A stretch of 64,000 nt of DNA from a virus (taxonomy: Duplodnaviria > Caudoviricetes): positions 160,001-224,000 of the IMG/VR virus record IMGVR_UViG_3300009031_000221. One strand, given 5' to 3'. A program made the translations under genes and the position numbers. The notes beneath the pieces were generated by a model. The model was given only the letters and a program-made list of their open reading frames with translations, did not search any database and was not told the DNA's origin. Below, one piece after another: positions 9,923-19,029 of this stretch; the first letter of the stretch is position 1; every line of letters begins with the position of its first letter.

Positions 9923-10177
9923 CTACAGGGCTTCCGTCCACGCCTTCGATGCGTGGAAACGAACGACCGTACGTGCCGGGATATCGAGGGTCGCACCCGT
10001 CTTGGGGTTGCGGGCCTTGCGTGCCGGGGCGGTCTTGATCTTGAAGGTTCCGAACTTGTACAAACTCAGCGAACCCGCACCCTCGTCGCCAGTCTTGGGG
10101 GCATTGGCCTCCAATTCACGCTTGATGATTGATGCCGCTGCCTTGAGGGTTTCCGTATCTTCCTTGCTAAGTGCCAT
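9923..10177 (-). CDS. HU-family DNA-binding protein
   Basis: FGTFKIKTAPARKARNPKTGATLDIPARTVVRFHAS. Confidence 0.9.
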   Translation of the reverse strand: MALSKEDTETLKAAASIIKRELEANAPKTGDEGAGSLSLYKFGTFKIKTAPARKARNPKTGATLDIPARTVVRFHASKAWTEAL

Positions 10178-10285
10178 GGTCATTTTCCTTGTGAATAGAG
10201 CCCTCTCATGGACTCATAGAAAATACCCATTAAATCCGAAAAGCGATCTAGCATTATGCGAATGCAATGATGTTTTTCAGATCAA

Positions 10286-11203
10286 TTATCCACGCCACCC
10301 AGGAGGGGCAGGAACAGCAGGATATGACGCAGGAAACGGATTGGGAGCCTTCGGTGCCATTTGCACATCGTCGATAGGAACTCCCCATGACTTCAACCTT
10401 TCACGAGTTGCATACCGCAAAGAAACCACCAATGCCGGAGAAGTCGTGGCACGAGTAAACGAAGTGCTTGAAGTGTGGAACTTGGCTTCGTGACCATAGC
10501 CCGTCCCCACATCTACAGGCGCCGCTGCCGCGGACGCCATGAAAACACTATTCACATTGCATTCCACACTCCGTTCATTATCCGCGAACATGCCCACACA
10601 ATCATGGTCGTTACCCGTGTTCAGGCTATCGACAACATTGTTGGCGGTTTCACGCATGGACTTGGTATTAGCAGAATCAACCCGCCGCCCACGAAGCCGC
10701 ACCTGACCTCCAAAGTTCAGAGAATCGGGCGGGCAATTCGTGGTGCTTGTGGTGCTCGAGTAGGTGTACTTCCATACCGGAGTTGCCACAGGATAAACCG
10801 GCGTTGGCGGAATGAACCAAGGAACTGTCGTTACTACCTTCTCGTCAAATACGGCGACGCCAATAACGCCAACATTGTTGGTACCCTTTCCCGTCTGGGC
10901 AGAATAGCTTCCACCCTGCTCCGTGAACAGAAACTGTGCAACCGAAGAATCCGTACGACGCCATCCAGGAATATCGATGGTTTCCCAGGGACGCAGGACA
11001 TAACCCTGACCGTCAATCCCCGCAGACTTGCCATCCAATACATTAACGCCATCCACAGAGATGACAGCCAAACGCCTACTCGCAGTATCGTTACGCAACC
11101 GGATGGTGTATGCCCCTGACTGAGGGGCCTCTACGTAAACCTGCCCGTTATGCGTTATCGTCTTCAGCGTCCGATTCTTCTTCCCAATGATCTCTACTTG
11201 CAT
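10286..11203 (-). CDS. Hypothetical protein (beta-rich N-domain, Pro-rich tail)
   Basis: Long ORF, VISVDGVNVLDG...NVGVIGVAVFDE. Confidence 0.7.
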   Translation of the reverse strand: MQVEIIGKKNRTLKTITHNGQVYVEAPQSGAYTIRLRNDTASRRLAVISVDGVNVLDGKSAGIDGQGYVLRPWETIDIPGWRRTDSSVAQFLFTEQGGSYSAQTGKGTNNVGVIGVAVFDEKVVTTVPWFIPPTPVYPVATPVWKYTYSSTTSTTNCPPDSLNFGGQVRLRGRRVDSANTKSMRETANNVVDSLNTGNDHDCVGMFADNERSVECNVNSVFMASAAAAPVDVGTGYGHEAKFHTSSTSFTRATTSPALVVSLRYATRERLKSWGVPIDDVQMAPKAPNPFPASYPAVPAPPGWRG

Positions 11204-11205
11204 AG

Positions 11206-11895
11206 CTATTTCTCCTCTTTGAAATGAGCCGGGAACGCCTTCCGCTCCTGCTCAAGTTGCACCAATACATCACGTTCCCCATAACTATTCATAGGGTACT
11301 GAAGGTAGGGGTATTTTTTCACAGCATCTGCCGGAAAAGGATCTGGCCCGGGGGGTTGCACTACCGGGGGCCATGACCATTCCGCAGGATCTTTTGGACG
11401 ATTAGCATCAAGGCAAGCGTTCTTTCGGGCTCGATCCTTAGAGTTATCATCTGAAGTGCCTAAACGTAAATGGTCTGGGGATATACATCCGGGAGTGTCA
11501 CAAAGATGGCATACCACCCAACCAAAAGGAATAGGTTGCCGAAAAACCATATAACTCAGACGATGAGCCCTATAGGTATTTTCCCCCACCCGAATGGTAG
11601 GGTACTGCATTGGGTCTGCCCCGGGCCGAATCCAACAACCTTTTGACGGTCGGGCACCAAACATCTTATTCAACGATGCGATGCTAATTGCAATGTCTGA
11701 TTTGGGAACCCGAAAAAATTTCTCTCTCATTATGGAGCTGATTTCGGGTTCTGAAATCACGACACGATCTTCAACCACAGCATTTAGCAACTCCGTAACA
11801 AACCCTGTTCTAGTCATACCAGCGCGGCCGGCACACCAGTCAATTTGGTTGAGGAGGCTTTCTTCGACTTTCAGATTTATTGGTACCTGACTCAT
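11206..11895 (-). CDS. HNH endonuclease with N-terminal ribbon-helix-helix-like domain
   Basis: VPINLKVEESLLNQIDWCA...TRTGFVTELL (RHH-like); RAHRLSY...VCHLCDTPGCISPDHL...N (HNH). Confidence 0.8.
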   Translation of the reverse strand: MSQVPINLKVEESLLNQIDWCAGRAGMTRTGFVTELLNAVVEDRVVISEPEISSIMREKFFRVPKSDIAISIASLNKMFGARPSKGCWIRPGADPMQYPTIRVGENTYRAHRLSYMVFRQPIPFGWVVCHLCDTPGCISPDHLRLGTSDDNSKDRARKNACLDANRPKDPAEWSWPPVVQPPGPDPFPADAVKKYPYLQYPMNSYGERDVLVQLEQERKAFPAHFKEEK

Positions 11896-11931
11896 GTGTT
11901 ACATGATACGTACGGTGTAACACTATGTCAA
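11896..11931 (-). promoter_or_regulatory. Sigma70 promoter TTGACA-N17-TATCAT overlapped by an 8-bp inverted-repeat operator
   Basis: -35 at 11931-11926, -10 at 11908-11903; GTGTTACA (11896-11903) / TGTAACAC (11916-11923). Confidence 0.8.
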
Positions 11932-11938
11932 GGGGTTT

Positions 11939-12742
11939 TTACATCCAATTCGTATATTCTAATTTCTCAACTAATTTGCCCATATCGGCTCCATAGAACC
12001 CGGCAGCATTCATGCACCCCACTTCAATTACTCGTAATCCCTCGGGGGTATCGGCAATATCCATGACATAAGCACGGCAAGGAGACCACAATTGGGCAGT
12101 TTCCTCCGCATAGGAAATCACATTATCATCCATTTGCGGGGCGTGAACCATATGGGATCCAATTCCAAACAATGCCCTTCCCCCCATCTTGTAGAGGGAT
12201 GACGTAATCACCTTACCATCCAGAATCCATAGGCGATACTCACGATGAATTGCCTTGACCCTACTGGTCATGACCATAGTTTCGCCGCACAACGTTCCGC
12301 CGTTATCGGCACCGTGCGTTAGGACACGATCCCGCCACTCCACAAAGGAAGGCCAATCCTTGACCTGCCCGTTGAAGGACTTGGAATCCAGTACGGGGCG
12401 AATGAAGAACGGCTTGATCTGTTCCGGGACTTCATCGAACCGAGTTACGATACTATCCCCATTGAGCATACGGGCGCCCCAGTGCCCGCGTTGGATCGTA
12501 TAGTCCAGGTTTGCGTTGTCGAATGATCCAGGCGTCCAGCCCCGTTCTCGTGCGATTCTAGCCATGGTATATGACCCCATGACAATGACACGCTCCTCCG
12601 TAGGAACCGGATCGGGCACAATGCCTCCTCCGAACGGAAGTACCTTGTGAATGCTATAGGGCAACCCAAAGCGTTCCAGCACATCTACAAGACGGTGAAA
12701 CCCTTCCTCCTGAAACATATTGTCTTGAAGAATCCAGTACAT
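11939..12742 (-). CDS. ATP-grasp domain protein (DUF4343/R2K-like)
   Basis: FFIRPVLDSKSFNGQV, EYRLWILDGKVIT, YVMDIA...VIEVG. Confidence 0.8.
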   Translation of the reverse strand: MYWILQDNMFQEEGFHRLVDVLERFGLPYSIHKVLPFGGGIVPDPVPTEERVIVMGSYTMARIARERGWTPGSFDNANLDYTIQRGHWGARMLNGDSIVTRFDEVPEQIKPFFIRPVLDSKSFNGQVKDWPSFVEWRDRVLTHGADNGGTLCGETMVMTSRVKAIHREYRLWILDGKVITSSLYKMGGRALFGIGSHMVHAPQMDDNVISYAEETAQLWSPCRAYVMDIADTPEGLRVIEVGCMNAAGFYGADMGKLVEKLEYTNWM

Positions 12743-12808
12743 ACGTTTCCAAGATAATGGTGTAAAGCAGGGGTCTAACTGTATGACGTGTCAAGGGAAT
12801 CCCGGCAA

Positions 12809-13018
12809 TTAAATACCGGCGCCATCCTCAAAGTTCGCGTCATACCTATCGAGAGTCATCGGGTCAAGGAGTCTTCGGGTCTTCCAATCAACCCTTGCCA
12901 TGAAAGGTTCATCAGGGCATGGGCGAGACATCAGGTTTTGGAATGGAATAATTCGTCGAGAGGGTTCCTCCCACGGGCGGCGCCGGATGCCATCATCATA
13001 ATCACCATTCAGATCCAT
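12809..13018 (-). CDS. Small hypothetical protein
   Basis: 69 aa ORF with GGAGG RBS, fits the gap. Confidence 0.5.
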   Translation of the reverse strand: MDLNGDYDDGIRRRPWEEPSRRIIPFQNLMSRPCPDEPFMARVDWKTRRLLDPMTLDRYDANFEDGAGI

Positions 13019-13031
13019 GAAATCCTCCTAG

Positions 13032-13649
13032 TTATCTAGGCACATAGACATATCCCAAGAACTCCGGAGGAACATGCTCCGTCAACCACACGCCATTCTC
13101 AGAACAGTAAAACTTATGCCCGCTTGCGAGCATTGCCTTGGCATCTACCCGAAATACGATCGGGGTTCCATGCCGCATGCCCACGGATGAAGCGGTAGCG
13201 GTCTCAGCAGCCATATGGACGTGCTGCCGCTTCATCTTCTTCAGGCCTTCCTTCATGATCATAGGAACGGCATTTGGATAGGTGCCGTGGTACAACACGT
13301 CCGGAGGTGTGACGGGCACGAGACCCAAGTCCACAGGGAAGCTGTGACCTTGACGGGCTCGAATCCGTTTCCCATCTTCCGATATGGCGAATCGTTGCTT
13401 GTTGTTCGTGGCTACAATGTCATTAATGATCGGTCGGGTCAATCTGCCATGCGACCCACGAATCAAGGCGTCAATGTCCACCCATCCTTCGGCATCTGCC
13501 GTGACGTTGGCTGCGGATGGATTGTGCCGAAGCACAAGGCACATGAACAACCCTGCCTTTTTGTCTTCCCGGGACGTAAGGCCCATGGGATCCACGTTGG
13601 GGTTGAACGATCGCATTTCTTTGATGTCATCTTCCAAAGGCGTCTCCAC
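13032..13649 (-). CDS. kptA: RNA 2'-phosphotransferase (Tpt1/KptA)
   Basis: LVLRHNP, KQRF, IRARQGHS, LYHGT, RQHVH, NGVWLT. Confidence 0.95.
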   Translation of the reverse strand: METPLEDDIKEMRSFNPNVDPMGLTSREDKKAGLFMCLVLRHNPSAANVTADAEGWVDIDALIRGSHGRLTRPIINDIVATNNKQRFAISEDGKRIRARQGHSFPVDLGLVPVTPPDVLYHGTYPNAVPMIMKEGLKKMKRQHVHMAAETATASSVGMRHGTPIVFRVDAKAMLASGHKFYCSENGVWLTEHVPPEFLGYVYVPR

Positions 13650-13706
13650 ATCCAGTTTGTGCCGATGAAGTTCGGATCCGTTAGGGGGATTCTAGGATGC
13701 TCATTT

Positions 13707-13958
13707 TCATTGCTTCTTTTCCAACGTAGCGGCGATCATCGCATCAACATCTTCCGTGGATTCAATGAAACGGACTGCCGGGGCATCATCGGGATGGATA
13801 CGCACTCGCCGCCGATAGGTTGCCTGATAGGGCGGGATAATCCCTGGATCTCCGGCATTTCGGAACTGATGCAATAGTACATCCCAATACGTGGGTTTCT
13901 TACATGTCATCGTCACAGGCTTTGGCATGGAATTCTTCAGGGATTCTTCATCGCTCAT
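13707..13958 (-). CDS. Hypothetical protein
   Basis: ORF between kptA and PNKP; start uncertain. Confidence 0.5.
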   Translation of the reverse strand: MSDEESLKNSMPKPVTMTCKKPTYWDVLLHQFRNAGDPGIIPPYQATYRRRVRIHPDDAPAVRFIESTEDVDAMIAATLEKKQ

Positions 13959-14934
13959 CGTCATCCCCAAAGAAATCACTAGCCCACCGAAACTGGAAAC
14001 CGCACCGCTTCGCGAAGGTCGCGTCACTGGTCATGTCCCCCACGTAGATGCACTGGGCGGGGTCCAACTTGTAGGTCTCGATGTGGGTCACACCCATGCC
14101 AGGCATCGGCTTGCGGAGGAACGTCTTGGGCACGCCAGCCGCATCAGGAGCATACAGGTAGTGGATCGCCAAACCCAAACCCTTGTTGGTAAACTCGAAG
14201 CATGCCTGAGCATTTGCATCGGAAACGTACTTGGGATCCCCAAGATCCTTGGAACAACCGGACTGGTTCGACGCACCCAGCAGCAGGTAGCCCTGTGCCA
14301 CGTACTTGCGAAGGATATCCGCCCGACCAGGAAGTACCCGCACGTCACCGACATGCTTGGGATACTTGTCTCCCGAAATAGTCTCCCGAAGCGTCCCGTC
14401 GTAGTCCAGGATAATCGCCTTGTTGACATACTCCGGTCCAAGATTGATCTCAACGAACACGGGATCCACGGAGGTGAAACCCTCGCTACAAGTCGGTTCC
14501 TGAACCTTCTTCCAATAGGCAAAGGTCGCCGCCGGCGGAAACATGTTGTCATCGGTCTTGCCGATCGTCTTGTACTCCGCCTCAGTCAGGATATGACCGT
14601 AGCGCTGCACTTGCCGACGCGATGCGAAGAACTGGGCCTGATCCGGGGAAGTCATCAACCACATGATGCGGATGGGCAACCCCAACTTCTGTGCTTCCTC
14701 GATAACAACCTGCCGGCTCTCCCGTGTCGCATAGACGTTGTCCATGACGAACGAACGCTCGCCGGCGGCATGCGCCATACGAAGAATGGAGTAGCACTTA
14801 TCCTTGGCACTCAAACCGCCGCCAATATCATCCCGGTTGATACGGGCATATCCCTCAGCAACCAGTGCCTTGACGTAGGTAGACTTGCCGCCACCGGGCG
14901 GGCCTGCAACGAGAACGATTTCAGCCTTGGGCAT
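13948..14934 (-). CDS. Polynucleotide kinase/3'-phosphatase-like protein (P-loop kinase + HAD)
   Basis: GPPGGGKST, RINRD, MDN; HAD DYDGT, SNQSG, RKPMPGM, YVGDMTSD. Confidence 0.85.
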   Translation of the reverse strand: MPKAEIVLVAGPPGGGKSTYVKALVAEGYARINRDDIGGGLSAKDKCYSILRMAHAAGERSFVMDNVYATRESRQVVIEEAQKLGLPIRIMWLMTSPDQAQFFASRRQVQRYGHILTEAEYKTIGKTDDNMFPPAATFAYWKKVQEPTCSEGFTSVDPVFVEINLGPEYVNKAIILDYDGTLRETISGDKYPKHVGDVRVLPGRADILRKYVAQGYLLLGASNQSGCSKDLGDPKYVSDANAQACFEFTNKGLGLAIHYLYAPDAAGVPKTFLRKPMPGMGVTHIETYKLDPAQCIYVGDMTSDATFAKRCGFQFRWASDFFGDDDER

Positions 14935-14970
14935 GTGAACATCCTTCGGGCATACCTCGCCCTGTGCCCC

Positions 14971-14997
14971 ATCTACGCATGTAGATCAAGAAGTAAG
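14971..14997 (-). promoter_or_regulatory. Class A phage promoter motif CTTACT-N12-TGCGTAGAT
   Basis: Exact spacing shared by six copies; 37 nt upstream of the PNKP start. Confidence 0.75.
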
Positions 14998-15261
14998 TCC
15001 TCTTGACAAATGGCGGATACTCATGACGCACAGATCTTCGGGAAGCCCCCAGTGCCCGCCACAAGTTATGTACGTAACCCCGACCAGCATCTCCCGTCCC
15101 GAATAGGTATCCGTATCGGGATCGTACTCGCGGAGTTGTAGCGCATCCCCGATACGGAAGTCCCTATCGTCCTTGCGGATTTCATAGCACTTGATCTCAT
15201 CCCATACTGCCTGAAAAGGCGCAGGCCAGGTTTTGAGCGTATGTGTTCGAAGCGGGGACAT
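14986..15261 (-). CDS. ASCH/DUF3850-family protein
   Basis: HTLKTWPAPFQAV...YEIRKDDRDFRIGDALQLREYD. Confidence 0.85.
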   Translation of the reverse strand: MSPLRTHTLKTWPAPFQAVWDEIKCYEIRKDDRDFRIGDALQLREYDPDTDTYSGREMLVGVTYITCGGHWGLPEDLCVMSIRHLSRGLTS

Positions 15262-15263
15262 GA

Positions 15264-16247
15264 TTACAACTCCCACACGGTGCCCTCAACAGCAAACTCG
15301 ACGATGCCCGTGTAGCCAATCTCGATGGCGTAAGCCCGGGCATCTGCCAACATAGCATCCAGCTTGTCGTCATCATGCTTCGGATCAAAGTGCCCGATGA
15401 CGCACCGCTTGGCATTGATCGCCTTGGCCAGTTCCACACAACGCCGAGGGGTGCCGTGGCCAAAAGTCTGGCACATGCCAGCCAGTTGTTCATAGGTGTA
15501 CTGCCCATCCGACACGAAGATGTCAGCGCCCTGAGCGTGCTTGAGGATCTCCTTGTTCATGAACATCAAGGGCTCATCGTCCGTGCAGTAGACGAACACT
15601 TCACCCATGTACTCGATCTTGTAGCCCAGGCAACCATCTGGATGGTTGAGGGGGATCGTAGTCACCTTGACCCACCGCTTCGGGTCGTTCTTCAAGGATG
15701 CGGGCAAGGTTTCGTGAGTCAGGCCAATGTATGCATCGGGGCACATGACAATCTTGTCGTTCTCGTCCAGGTAATACCAGAACGATTCCGAGAACTGCCG
15801 CTGATGTGCCTTCGGGTAGACCTTCTTGCAAGGCATCGAACCGTGTGCTACGGGGAAGTGCGGCGAGGATTGCTGATGAGACAGCAGGTTCTCAACCGCA
15901 TGCTCCACGTCATCCTTGCTTTCCATGCCCGCCGGGGCAAACCCGTGGAAATGGAATGTATTGGATGCGATGAAGAAGGGGACGAAGAATGGCCCACCCT
16001 GGATGTGATCCCAGTGCCAGTGGGAGATCAGCACGATATGCTCTTTGCCAACCCCACGTCCTGTCCGCATGAAGTTGTCCCCAATGACGGACAATGCAGA
16101 CCCCATATCCAGCAGGAACGAGAATGGCCCCGCCTCAAGATGATAGGATGACGTGTTGCCGCCATACCGCAACGTGGAGAAACCAGGGCGGGATGGGGAA
16201 GGGATAGAACCGCGATGCCCGCCACAAGTAACCTTCATATAGCTCAT
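15264..16247 (-). CDS. Metallo-beta-lactamase-fold hydrolase (RNase Z/phosphodiesterase-like)
   Basis: SHWHWDHIQG, LNHPDG, YCTDDE, DGQY, GHGT, GHFDP. Confidence 0.9.
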   Translation of the reverse strand: MSYMKVTCGGHRGSIPSPSRPGFSTLRYGGNTSSYHLEAGPFSFLLDMGSALSVIGDNFMRTGRGVGKEHIVLISHWHWDHIQGGPFFVPFFIASNTFHFHGFAPAGMESKDDVEHAVENLLSHQQSSPHFPVAHGSMPCKKVYPKAHQRQFSESFWYYLDENDKIVMCPDAYIGLTHETLPASLKNDPKRWVKVTTIPLNHPDGCLGYKIEYMGEVFVYCTDDEPLMFMNKEILKHAQGADIFVSDGQYTYEQLAGMCQTFGHGTPRRCVELAKAINAKRCVIGHFDPKHDDDKLDAMLADARAYAIEIGYTGIVEFAVEGTVWEL

Positions 16248-16282
16248 GATGCGTCCTTTAGGGAGATCGATCCCTCTAGGTA

Positions 16283-16309
16283 TGCTACGCAATCCAATCT
16301 AGAAGTAAG
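16283..16309 (-). promoter_or_regulatory. Class A phage promoter motif (CTTACT-N12-TGCGTAGCA)
   Basis: 36 nt upstream of the MBL start. Confidence 0.7.
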
Positions 16310-16310
16310 T

Positions 16311-16823
16311 CTAGACGTGGATCCCCTGTTCATTCAGGACGGACAAATCCAACGTCCAAGGATGTTTAGATCGCTTTTCCCACAACGCAAAGGCTTCTAC
16401 AACATGGTTCTCAGCCTGATCCCGCCGCCAGTTGTTCACTGCTTCCAAGTGCTCAATAGCCTGCCGCCGATTGCCTCGCATCTGGGTCAACCCAAAGTGC
16501 TTGACCTGATGGCATCGAGGGCATAGAGCAATGAGGCGGACGAGTTTCTGTATATGGCTCGCATCATCGTATTCCCATACTTCATGGCATTCAACAGGCC
16601 AATTGAATCCCTGATCGATACCTTTCCCACCGCATATTTCGCATTGGTAATTGGCCAACTTGTAGCTGTTCTTCCTAACCCGATCCCATTCAAGGGTTGT
16701 CATTCGGGACCGAAGATTCTCGAACCATGCAGTTTTTGGCACTAGTTCAATGGTCAACGGTTCGCCTACTTTTGCAACACCTTGGGGTGCGTCATCTTCG
16801 CCCCCCATTTCAAATGGTTTCAT
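16311..16823 (-). CDS. HNH endonuclease-family protein
   Basis: CEICG...VECHEVWEY...LCPRCHQVKH. Confidence 0.85.
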   Translation of the reverse strand: MKPFEMGGEDDAPQGVAKVGEPLTIELVPKTAWFENLRSRMTTLEWDRVRKNSYKLANYQCEICGGKGIDQGFNWPVECHEVWEYDDASHIQKLVRLIALCPRCHQVKHFGLTQMRGNRRQAIEHLEAVNNWRRDQAENHVVEAFALWEKRSKHPWTLDLSVLNEQGIHV

Positions 16824-17791
16824 CTTGCACCCGCTCGCTCAAGGTAATGGATGGTGCGTTCCCTGATTGGATCCGAGATGTTTTCCACTTCCCGCACCAA
16901 ATCCAGAACCGAACCTTCCTCCCGCATATTCAATGTTCCCTTCAGACGTTCTACGACGGCATCCATCGTAGTCTGACGGGCCTCCATACGTGCCTTACCC
17001 GCAATGTTGAAAATCTCCTCTGGGGGAGCTACCTTAAGCGCTATCTTCTCAAACGTCACATTGTCTGGGGAAAACCGCATCACCACGCAGGAGGGTTTGC
17101 GTCCCATATCATCCTGGGAAATTGATCCCCGTGACATACTTCCAATATTGACAACAACCTTGCCGGGAGCAATTTCAGTGACACCCTGATCTTTATGCCA
17201 ATGTCCAAAGCACCAAACATCCGGGTCTAGATTAGCAAGTTCCTTGTAGCTGATGATGTCCTCAGCCTCAAACATCGATCCGCCAGTGGGTGACGCCAAG
17301 CAGTGTGCAATCACTACCAATCGATCCTCGTCCTTCTTGACGATCCCCGTAAATCGATTCATGTCATAGCGAGTGCCATGGTAGGGAATCCCTACAACAC
17401 GAACCTTGAACCCATTATGAACGAACACTGCCTCATATTCATCATAGAGACGTTGAAATACACCGGACTCGAATAGAACCGCTAAGGGGCTTTCCGATAA
17501 ATACTCCATGCTGCCATATTTCACATCATGGTTGCCCACGTTGCCAAATACAGGGCAAGGATACGCGGCATGAGCCGCCGCAACCTTACGAACAAGGTCA
17601 TGCGAGTTCCTGCCCGGGGATTTGAGATGGAAGAAGTCTCCGCCATCCAATACCGCATCGGCCTTGACTGCTCGAGCGATAACGCCAACCTGGGCAATCT
17701 TGCCTAGAATTGTTTCTGCCCAATCATCAGTACGGGATTGCGGGGCTGTATCAGCCATGTGAATATCAGTGCGCCATACCAAAGTGACCAT
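16820..17791 (-). CDS. SbcD/Mre11-like metallophosphoesterase
   Basis: TDIH, GGDFFH, GNHD, IAH, FGHWH; adjacent to the Rad50 N-half. Confidence 0.85.
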   Translation of the reverse strand: MVTLVWRTDIHMADTAPQSRTDDWAETILGKIAQVGVIARAVKADAVLDGGDFFHLKSPGRNSHDLVRKVAAAHAAYPCPVFGNVGNHDVKYGSMEYLSESPLAVLFESGVFQRLYDEYEAVFVHNGFKVRVVGIPYHGTRYDMNRFTGIVKKDEDRLVVIAHCLASPTGGSMFEAEDIISYKELANLDPDVWCFGHWHKDQGVTEIAPGKVVVNIGSMSRGSISQDDMGRKPSCVVMRFSPDNVTFEKIALKVAPPEEIFNIAGKARMEARQTTMDAVVERLKGTLNMREEGSVLDLVREVENISDPIRERTIHYLERAGAR

Positions 17792-17800
17792 ATTGCCCCG

Positions 17801-19027
17801 TTAATGTCCTACGTGGTCTTCCGTTGCTACACGACCGCACGTTGGACATTCATCCATTCCACCAAGGATGGTGGCAATATCACTACCCGCTGCATTCAAA
17901 TTCGTTTCACTAGATGCCAATTCTTGTTCCAATGACGCAATATCCTGAATTACCTTCGCCCAACGAACATGAATATCATCCAATGCCGTCAAGGTGTTCA
18001 GCATCTTCTCAACGTTGGATGCATCCAAATCCTCGATGGTAGGCAACCCAGCCAATTTCCGCACTGCATTATTGGCAGCATTCAATCGGTTATGAAGAAC
18101 CCCATAGGAATCAATATCGGAAATCACAGATTTGATTTCGGTTACGGAGTCATCATTAGGTACATCTATGGTTTCTACACCGTCCAATTTTGCTACGGCA
18201 TTTGTCGCATTGACCAATCGAGTACGAAGCCCAACATGCTGGTCAATACTTCCGGCAACGTTCTTGATAGGATCAATGCAATCATCGCCAGGGACATCGA
18301 TTAATTCGACCCCTTCCAATCGAGCGACGGCATCCCGTGCATCCTTGAGTTTATCCCGAAGGGACGTAAGGGTTTGGATGGCAGTGTATAGCTTGGTTGC
18401 CTTGGTGATGTCCGCATCAATGGCGTCAATCGTTAAGGCAACCTCATCCAACCCATTGTACTTCTGAACGGATGATTCCAAATTCGTCTGGTCAATCAAC
18501 CTAACTTTCAACTCCGAGGACGCAGCCCTACGGTCAGATTCCGCCATCCGTAGAGCTTCATTCAACTGTGAAACACGGTTTACATCTGCCACGGCATCCG
18601 CAAGGACAGAACCAGGTTCATTCAGTAGAAAAACTTGGCCAGTGAATTGTGGAGCGAATTGGGGCCATATTTCTCTGCCGCCGGCGATAATGGGGCGGAC
18701 GCCAAGCGCACGAACTTCATCCGGGACACCTTGTCCTGGGTAGATGGGTTTGCCCCCATCTATGATGAACGTGGGCTTATCGCCCGCCCCTTTACCTTTC
18801 TCCCATCGCAGGGTATGCCCATCGGCAAATTTCAATTCCACCACAGACTTGGTTTTGCCGTGCCGGATGAAGGAATTGCCCCGGGTATTTTGGAAGGCCC
18901 CGCGAATGGCCCGCATGAGGGCGGATTTACCGCTATTATTAGTCCCCGTAATAACGGTAAACCCGTCCACTTCGACATCCACGTCAAGTAACGATTGAAA
19001 GTTCTCGACGTGGATGGTGAATGCCAT
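17801..19027 (-). CDS. Rad50/SbcC-family ATPase, N-terminal half ending in a zinc hook
   Basis: VENFQS, Walker A GTNNSGKS, Q-loop PQFTGQ, long coil, terminal CPTCG; no Walker B. Confidence 0.9.
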   Translation of the reverse strand: MAFTIHVENFQSLLDVDVEVDGFTVITGTNNSGKSALMRAIRGAFQNTRGNSFIRHGKTKSVVELKFADGHTLRWEKGKGAGDKPTFIIDGGKPIYPGQGVPDEVRALGVRPIIAGGREIWPQFAPQFTGQVFLLNEPGSVLADAVADVNRVSQLNEALRMAESDRRAASSELKVRLIDQTNLESSVQKYNGLDEVALTIDAIDADITKATKLYTAIQTLTSLRDKLKDARDAVARLEGVELIDVPGDDCIDPIKNVAGSIDQHVGLRTRLVNATNAVAKLDGVETIDVPNDDSVTEIKSVISDIDSYGVLHNRLNAANNAVRKLAGLPTIEDLDASNVEKMLNTLTALDDIHVRWAKVIQDIASLEQELASSETNLNAAGSDIATILGGMDECPTCGRVATEDHVGH

Positions 19028-19029
19028 GA

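Noticed and set aside
13891-15006. Long plus-strand ORFs opposite real genes (e.g. 13891-15006, 15375-16151, 19288-20274, 56456-57322)
   Set aside because: Antisense shadows of well-supported minus-strand genes; no motifs or RBS.
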